NCBI GenBank assembly: GCA_964057225.1
Contig: OZ059895.1
Span: 1,054,001-1,118,000 of the forward strand
DNA: 64,000 nucleotides
Source: Auanema rhodensis
Lineage: Eukaryota > Animalia > Nematoda
Direction of reading: 5' to 3'
Position numbers and translations under genes: made by a program. Shown piece by piece: positions 55,105-64,000 of the stretch. The number at the start of each line of letters is the position of its first letter. Positions within the stretch are counted from its first letter, which is position 1. A model generated the notes under the pieces. That model saw only the letters and a program-made list of their open reading frames with translations. It was not told where the DNA came from and did no database searches.

Positions 55105-58100
55105 GCTTAAAAATGCACCGAGATATCAACTGATATAAGTTCACACTTATATCCTCGATTTTCACCCTGAAGAATTAATTTTTTCGTTGGATAACATTGT
55201 CCATCGTCTTTGCCTTAAAAAAAGGAATCTAAAAACATCTACTTTTTGCTAAATTATTTTGAAATTTTTCGAAAAAATTTTTGTCAAAATGTTTTTGGAA
55301 GCAATGTTGAGTGTACATGGAAACTCAACATACACTAATGCATCATTTTTCAAACGATCATAACTAATTTTTGTATTAAGCGTTTCTCAATGTAGTATAG
55401 TGCATTCGATGCGGATTTTTAAGCTGCGTCGATCTGTGTTATCAGATTTGCGCTAGCTTAAAAATGCACCGAGATATCAACTGATATAAGTTCACACTTA
55501 TATCCTTGATTTTCACCCTGAAGATTTAATTTTTTCGTTGAATAACATTGTCCATCGTCTTTGCCTTGAAAAATGGAATCTAAAAACATCTACTTTTTGT
55601 TAAATTATTTTGAAATTTTTCGAAAAAATTTTTGTCAAAATGTTTTTGGAAGCAATGTTGAGTGTACATGGAAACTCAACATACACTAATGCATCATTTT
55701 TCAAACGATCATAACTAATTTATGTATTAAGCGTTTCTCAATGTAGTATAGTGCATTCGATGCGGATTTTTAAGCTGCGTCGATCTGTGTTATCAGATTT
55801 GCGCTAGCTTAAAAATGCACCGAGATATCAACTGATATAAGTTCACACTTATATCCTCGATTTTCACGCTGAAGAATTAATTTTTTCGTTGAATAACATT
55901 GTCCATCGTCTTTGCCTTGAAAAAAGGAATCTAAAAACATCTACTTTTTGCTGAATTATCTCGAAATTTTTCGAAAAAATTTTTGTCAAAATGTTTTTGG
56001 AAGCAATGTTGAGTGTACATGGAAACTCAACATACACTAATGCATCATTTTTCAAACGATCATAACTAATTTTTGTATTAAGCGTTTCTCAATGCAGTAT
56101 AGTGCATTCGATGCGGATTTTTAAGCTGCGTCGATCTGTGTTATCAGATTTGCGCTAGCTTAAAAATGCACCGAGATATCAACTGATATAAGTTCACACT
56201 TATATCCTCGATTTTCACCCTGAAGAATTAATTTTTTCGTTGAAAAACATTGTCCATCGTCTTTGCCTTGAAAAAAGAAATCTAAAAACATCTACTTTTT
56301 GCTAAATTATTTCGAAATTTTTCGAAAAAAATTTTGTCAAAATGTTTTTGGAAGCAATGTTGAGTGTACATGGAAACTCAACATACACTAATGCATCATT
56401 TTTCAAACAATCATAACTAATTTTTGTATTGAGCGTTTCTCAATGCAGTATAGTGCATTCGATGCGGATTTTTAAGCTGCGTCGATCTGTTTTATCAGAT
56501 TTGCGCTAGCTTAAAAATGCACCGAGATATCAACTGATATAAGTTCACACTTATATCCTTGATTTTCACCCTGAAGATTTAATTTTTTCGTTGGATAACA
56601 TTGTCCATCGTCTTTGCCTTAAAAAAAGGAATCTAAAAACATCTACTTTTTGCTAAATTATTTTGAAATTTTTCGAAAAAATTTTTGTCAAAATGTTTTT
56701 GGAAGCAATGTTGAGTGTACATGGAAACTCAACATACACTAATGCATCATTTTTCAAACGATCATAACTAATTTTTGTATTAAGCGTTTCTCAATGTAGT
56801 ATAGTGCATTCGATGCGGATTTTTAAGCTGCGTCGATCTGTGTTATCAGATTTGCGCTAGCTTAAAAATGCACCGAGATATCAACTGATATAAGTTCACA
56901 CTTATATCCTTGATTTTCACCCTGAAGATTTAATTTTTTCGTTGAATAACATTGTCCATCGTCTTTGCCTTGAAAAATGGAATCTAAAAACATCTACTTT
57001 TTGCTAAATTATTTTGAAATTTTTCGAAAAAATTTTTGTCAAAATGTTTTTGGAAGCAATGTTGAGTGTACATGGAAACTCAACATACACTAATGCATCA
57101 TTTTTCAAACGATCATAACTAATTTATGTATTAAGCGTTTCTCAATGTAGTATAGTGCATTCGATGCGGATTTTTAAGCTGCGTCGATCTGTGTTATCAG
57201 ATTTGCGCTAGCTTAAAAATGCACCGAGATATCAACTGATATAAGTTCACACTTATATCCTCGATTTTCACGCTGAAGAATTAATTTTTTCGTTGAATAA
57301 CACTGTCCATCGTCTTTGCCTTGAAAAAAGGAATCTAAAAACATCTACTTTTTGCTTAATTATCTTGAAATTTTTCGAAAAAATTTTTGTCAAAATGTTT
57401 TTGGAAGCAATGTTGAGTGTACATGGAAACTCAACATACACTAATGCATCATTTTTCAAACGATCATAACTAATTTTTGTATTAAGCGTTTCTCAATGCA
57501 GTATAGTGCATTCGATGCGGATTTTTAAGCTGCGTCGATCTGTGTTATCAGATTTGCGCTAGCTTAAAAATGCACCGAGATATCAACTGATATAAGTTCA
57601 CACTTATATCCTCGATTTTCACCCTGAAGAATTAATTTTTTCGTTGGATAACATTGTCCATCGTCTTTGCCTTAAAAAAAGGAATCTAAAAACATCTACT
57701 TTTTGCTAAATTATTTTGAAATTTTTCGAAAAAATTTTTGTCAAAATGTTTTTGGAAGCAATGTTGAGTGTACATGGAAACTCAACATACACTAATGCAT
57801 CATTTTTCAAACGATCATAACTAATTTTTGTATTAAGCGTTTCTCAATGTAGTATAGTGCATTCGATGCGGATTTTTAAGCTGCGTCGATCTGTGTTATC
57901 AGATTTGCGCTAGCTTAAAAATGCACCGAGATATCAATTGATATAAGTTCACACTTATATCCTTGATTTTCACCCTGAAGATTTAATTTTTTCGTTGAAT
58001 AACATTGTCCATCGTCTTTGCCTTGAAAAATGGAATCTAAAAACATCTACTTTTTGCTAAATTATTTTGAAATTTTTCGAAAAAATTTTTGTCAAAATGT

Positions 58101-58965
58101 TTTTGGAAGCAATGTTGAGTGTACATGGAAACTCAACATACACTAATGCATCATTTTTCAAACGATCATAACTAATTTATGTATTAAGCGTTTCTCAATG
58201 TAGTATAGTGCATTCGATGCGGATTTTTAAGCTGCGTCGATCTGTGTTATCAGATTTGCGCTAGCTTAAAAATGCACCGAGATATCAACTGATATAAGTT
58301 CACACTTATATCCTCGATTTTCACGCTGAAGAATTAATTTTTTCGTTGAATAACACTGTCCATCGTCTTTGCCTTGAAAAAAGGAATCTAAAAACATCTA
58401 CTTTTTGCTTAATTATCTTGAAATTTTTCGAAAAAATTTTTGTCAAAATGTTTTTGGAAGCAATGTTGAGTGTACATGGAAACTCAACATACACTAATGC
58501 ATCATTTTTCAAACGATCATAACTAATTTTTGTATTAAGCGTTTCTCAATGCAGTATAGTGCATTCGATGCGGATTTTTAAGCTGCGTCGATCTGTGTTA
58601 TCAGATTTGCGCTAGCTTAAAAATGCACCGAGATATCAACTGATATAAGTTCACACTTATATCCTCGATTTTCACCCTGAAGAATTAATTTTTTCGTTGG
58701 ATAACATTGTCCATCGTCTTTGCCTTAAAAAAAGGAATCTAAAAACATCTACTTTTTGCTAAATTATTTTGAAATTTTTCGAAAAAATTTTTGTCAAAAT
58801 GTTTTTGGAAGCAATGTTGAGTGTACATGGAAACTCAACATACACTAATGCATCATTTTTCAAACGATCATAACTAATTTTTGTATTAAGCGTTTCTCAA
58901 TGTAGTATAGTGCATTCGATGCGGATTTTTAAGCTGCGTCGATCTGTGGTATCAGATTTGCGCTA
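54052..58965. repeat. Imperfect trimer periodicity (1053 bp)
   Basis: Order [G86/A113/T156]-[T52/T70/T119/TTTATG]-[C289 monomer] starts at 54052, 55105, 56509 and 57562; ORFs at 57268 and 58321 are 1053 bp apart. Confidence 0.75.
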
Positions 58966-61900
58966 GCTTAAAAATGCACCGAGATATCAACTGATATAAG
59001 TTCACACTTATATCCTCGATTTTCACCCTGAAGAATTAATTTTTTCGTTGGATAACATTGTCCATCGTCTTTGCCTTAAAAAAAGGAATCTAAAAACATC
59101 TACTTTTTGCTAAATTATTTTGAAATTTTTCGAAAAAATTTTTGTCAAAATGTTTTTGGAAGCAATGTTGAGTGTACATGGAAACTCAACATACACTAAT
59201 GCATCATTTTTCAAACGATCATAACTAATTTTTGTATTAAGCGTTTCTCAATGTAGTATAGTGCATTCGATGCGGATTTTTAAGCTGCGTCGATCTGTGG
59301 TATCAGATTTGCGCTAGCTTAAAAATGCACCGAGATATCAACTGATATAAGTTCACACTTATATCCTCGATTTTCACGCTGAAGAATTAATTTTTTCGTT
59401 GAATAACATTGTCCATCGTCTTTGCCTTGAAAAAAGAAATCTAAAAACATCTACTTTTTGCTAAATTATCTTGAAATTTTTCGAAAAAATTTTTGTCAAA
59501 ATGTTTTTGGAAGCAATGTTGAGTGTACATGGAAACTCAACATACACTAATGCATCATTTTTCAAACGATCATAACTAATTTTTGTATTAAGCGTTTCTC
59601 AATGCAGTATAGTGCATTCGATGCGGATTTTTAAGCTGCGTCGATCTGTGTTATCAGATTTGCGCTAGCTTAAAAATGCACCGAGATATCAACTGATATA
59701 AGTTCACACTTATATCCTCGATTTTCACCCTGAAGAATTAATTTTTTCGTTGGATAACATTGTCCATCGTCTTTGCCTTAAAAAAAGGAATCTAAAAACA
59801 TCTACTTTTTGCTAAATTATTTTGAAATTTTTCGAAAAAATTTTTGTCAAAATGTTTTTGGAAGCAATGTTGAGTGTACATGGAAACTCAACATACACTA
59901 ATGCATCATTTTTCAAACGATCATAACTAATTTTTGTATTAAGCGTTTCTCAATGTAGTATAGTGCATTCGATGCGGATTTTTAAGCTGCGTCGATCTGT
60001 GTTATCAGATTTGCGCTAGCTTAAAAATGCACCGAGATATCAACTGATATAAGTTCACACTTATATCCTTGATTTTCACCCTGAAGATTTAATTTTTTCG
60101 TTGAATAACATTGTCCATCGTCTTTGCCTTGAAAAATGGAATCTAAAAACATCTACTTTTTGCTAAATTATTTTGAAATTTTTCGAAAAAATTTTTGTCA
60201 AAATGTTTTTGGAAGCAATGTTGAGTGTACATGGAAACTCAACATACACTAATGCATCATTTTTCAAACGATCATAACTAATTTTTGTATTAAGCGTTTC
60301 TCAATGTAGTATAGTGCATTCGATGCGGATTTTTAAGCTGCGTCGATCTGTGGTATCAGATTTGCGCTAGCTTAAAAATGCACCGAGATATCAACTGATA
60401 TAAGTTCACACTTATATCCTCGATTTTCACCCTGAAGAATTAATTTTTTCGTTGGATAACATTGTCCATCGTCTTTGCCTTAAAAAAAGGAATCTAAAAA
60501 CATCTACTTTTTGCTAAATTATTTTGAAATTTTTCGAAAAAATTTTTGTCAAAATGTTTTTGGAAGCAATGTTGAGTGTACATGGAAACTCAACATACAC
60601 TAATGCATCATTTTTCAAACGATCATAACTAATTTTTGTATTAAGCGTTTCTCAATGTAGTATAGTGCATTCGATGCGGATTTTTAAGCTGCGTCGATCT
60701 GTGGTATCAGATTTGCGCTAGCTTAAAAATGCACCGAGATATCAACTGATATAAGTTCACACTTATATCCTCGATTTTCACGCTGAAGAATTAATTTTTT
60801 CGTTGAATAACATTGTCCATCGTCTTTGCCTTGAAAAAAGAAATCTAAAAACATCTACTTTTTGCTAAATTATCTTGAAATTTTTCGAAAAAATTTTTGT
60901 CAAAATGTTTTTGGAAGCAATGTTGAGTGTACATGGAAACTCAACATACACTAATGCATCATTTTTCAAACGATCATAACTAATTTTTGTATTAAGCGTT
61001 TCTCAATGCAGTATAGTGCATTCGATGCGGATTTTTAAGCTGCGTCGATCTGTGTTATCAGATTTGCGCTAGCTTAAAAATGCACCGAGATATCAACTGA
61101 TATAAGTTCACACTTATATCCTCGATTTTCACCTTGAAGAATTAATTTTTTCGTTGGATAACATTGTCCATCGTCTTTGCCTTAAAAAAAGGAATCTAAA
61201 AACATCTACTTTTTGCTAAATTATTTTGAAATTTTTCGAAAAAATTTTTGTCAAAATGTTTTTGGAAGCAATGTTGAGTGTACATGGAAACTCAACATAC
61301 ACTAATGCATCAGTTTTCAAACGATCATAACTAATTTTTGTATTAAGCGTTTCTCAATGTAGTATAGTGCATTCGATGCGGATTTTTAAGCTGCGTCGAT
61401 CTGTGGTATCAGATTTGCGCTAGCTTAAAAATGCACCGAGATATCAACTGATATAAGTTCACACTTATATCCTCGATTTTCACGCTGAAGAATTAATTTT
61501 TTCGTTGAATAACATTGTCCATCGTCTTTGCCTTGAAAAAAGAAATCTAAAAACATCTACTTTTTGCTAAATTATCTTGAAATTTTTCGAAAAAATTTTT
61601 GTCAAAATGTTTTTGGAAGCAATGTTGAGTGTACATGGAAACTCAACATACACTAATGCATCAGTTTTCAAACGATCATAACTAATTTTTGTATTAAGCG
61701 TTTCTCAATGTAGTATAGTGCATTCGATGCGGATTTTTAAGCTGCGTCGATCTGTGTTATCAGATTTGCGCTAGCTTAAAAATGCACCGAGATATCAACT
61801 GATATAAGTTCACACTTATATCCTCGATTTTCACCTTGAAGAATTAATTTTTTCGTTGGATAACATTGTCCATCGTCTTTGCCTTAAAAAAAGGAATCTA

Positions 61901-64000
61901 AAAACATCTACTTTTTGCTAAATTATTTTGAAATTTTTCGAAAAAAATTTTGTCAAAATGTTTTTGGAAGCAATGTTGAGTGTACATGGAAACTCAACAT
62001 ACACTAATGCATCATTTTTCAAACGATCATAACTAGTTTTTGTATTAAGCGTTTCTCAATGTAGTATAGTGCATTCGATGCGGATTTTTAAGCTGCGTCG
62101 ATCTGTGTTATCAGATTTGCGCTAGCGTAAAAATGCACCGAGATATCAACTGATATAAGTTCACACTTATATCCTCGATTTTCACCCTGAAGATTTAATT
62201 TTTTCGTTGAATAACATTGTCCATCGTCTTTGCCTTGAAAAAAGAAATCTAAAAACATCTACTTTTTGCTAAATTATCTTGAAATTTTTCGAAAAAATTT
62301 TTGTCAAAATGTTTTTGGAAGCAATGTTGAGTGTACATGGAAACTCAACATACACTAATGCATCAGTTTTCAAACGATCATAACTAATTTTTGTATTAAG
62401 CGTTTCTCAATGTAGTATAGTGCATTCGATGCGGATTTTTAAGCTGCGTCGATCTGTGTTATCAGATTTGCGCTAGCTTAAAAATGCACCGAGATATCAA
62501 CTGATATAAGTTCACACTTATATCCTCGATTTTCACCTTGGAGAATTAATTTTTTCGTTGGATAACATTGTCCATCGTCTTTGCCTTAAAAAAAGGAATC
62601 TAAAAACATCTACTTTTTGCTAAATTATTTTGAAATTTTTCGAAAAAATTTTTGTCAAAATGTTTTTGGAAGCAATGTTGAGTGTACATGGAAACTCAAC
62701 ATACACTAATGCATCATTTTTCAAACGATCATAACTAGTTTTTGTATTAAGCGTTTCTCAATGTAGTATAGTGCATTCGATGCGGATTTTTAAGCTGCGT
62801 CGATCTGTGTTATCAGATTTGCGCTAGCGTAAAAATGCACCGAGATATCAACTGATATAAGTTCACACTTATATCCTCGATTTTCACCCTGAAGATTTAA
62901 TTTTTTCGTTGAATAACATTGTCCATCGTCTTTGCCTTGAAAAAAGGAAATTAAAAACATCTACTTTTTGCTAAATTATTCTGAAATTTTTCGAAAAAAT
63001 TTTTGTCAAAATGTTTTTGGAAGCAATGTTGAGTGTGCATGGAAACTCAACATACACTAATGCATCATTTTTCAAACGATCATAACTAGTTTTTGTATTA
63101 AGCGTTTCTCAATGTAGTATAGTGCATTCGATGCGGATTTTTAAGCTGCGTCGATCTGTGTTATCAGATTTGCGCTAGCGTAAAAATGCACCGAGATATC
63201 AACTGACATAAGTTCACACTTATATCCTCGATTTTCACCCTGAAGATTTAATTTTTTCGTTGAATAACATTGTCCATCGTCTTTGCCTTGAAAAAAGGAA
63301 ATTAAAAACATCTACTTTTTGCTAAATTATTCTGAAATTTCTCGAAAAAATTTTTGTCAAAATGTTTTTGGAAGCAATGTTGAGTGTGCATGGAAACTCA
63401 ACATACACTAATGCATCAGTTTTCAAACGATCATAACTAATTTTTGTATCAAGCGTTTCTCAATGTAGTATAGTGCATTCGATGCGGATTTTTAAGCTGC
63501 GTCGATCTGTGTTATCAGATTTGCGCTAGCTTAAAAATGCACCGAGATATCAACTGATATAAGTTCACACTTATATCCTCCATTTTCACCCTGAAGATTT
63601 AATTTTTTCGTTGAATAACATTGTCCATCGTCTTTGCCTTGAAAAAAGGAATCTGAAAACATCTACTTTTTGCTAAATTATTCTGAAATTTTTCGAAAAA
63701 ATTTTTGTCAAAATGTTTTTGGAAGCAATGTTGAGTGTGCATGGAAACTCAACATACACTAATGCATCATTTTTCAAACGATCATAACTAATTTTTGTAT
63801 TAAGCGTTTCTCAATGCAGTATAGTGCATTCGATGCGGATTTTTAAGCTGCGTCGATCTGTGTTATCAGATTTGCGCTAGCGTAAAAATGCACCGAGATA
63901 TCAACTGATATAAGTTCACACTTATATCCTCGATTTTCACCCTGAAGATTTAATTTTTTCGTTGAATAACATTGTCCATCGTCTTTGCCTTGAGAAAAGA

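Larger units (their letters stand above)
1..64000. repeat. Tandem satellite DNA array, 351-bp monomer, 182 full copies + 1 partial, single orientation
   Basis: GCTTAAAAATGCACCGAG recurs at 1, 352, 703 ... 7021 (=1+20x351). The phase shifts only at five 1-bp indels (net -3), giving starts at 13691, 53701, 60721 and 63880 as predicted. No unique sequence seen. Confidence 0.99.

Noticed and set aside
22172-58512. Eight 63-aa minus-strand ORFs (MKNDALVYVEF...)
   Set aside because: They appear only where pos 147 mutates (A>G or A>T) and removes a TAG that interrupts this frame in the other ~174 copies (TAA in C145T copies). Short, K/F/I/N-rich as expected for AT-rich DNA, with no recognisable domain. 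Useful only as HOR markers.
1-64000. CRISPR array or tandem RNA-gene cluster (5S, tRNA, snRNA, spliced leader)
   Set aside because: No unique spacers (entire units are near-identical); no cloverleaf, Pol III A/B/C boxes or recognisable RNA-gene sequence seen.
1-64000. Information-bearing code in the SNP pattern, or a purely artefactual/synthetic concatemer
   Set aside because: Variants are hierarchically shared and explained by duplication and conversion, which fits natural satellite turnover; local mis-assembly of individual blocks cannot be excluded without reads.

Overview
The whole 64-kb window is one uninterrupted head-to-tail tandem array of an AT-rich 351-bp monomer (about 32% GC by hand count of copy 1): 182 complete copies plus a 121-bp partial copy, all in one orientation, typically 0-8 differences from consensus per copy. 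This is satellite DNA of the eukaryotic (peri)centromeric/heterochromatic type; I cannot assign a species or named family. I can support no genes, RNA genes, CRISPR arrays or inserted transposons; the eight 63-aa ORFs arise from one stop-codon-removing SNP in the repeat. The informative structure lies in (i) the monomer, which has several dyad symmetries, including two perfect 9-bp inverted repeats whose centres are 175/176 bp apart, one with apparently invariant arms, and (ii) the SNP pattern across copies, which shows regional subfamilies, nascent higher-order repeats (2-, 3-, 6-, 7-, 8- and 10-mers), a recombinant junction monomer and a length-preserving 4-monomer replacement. 'pos' = position within the monomer (copy 1 = 1-351). 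All variant calls were made by eye and need confirmation by alignment.
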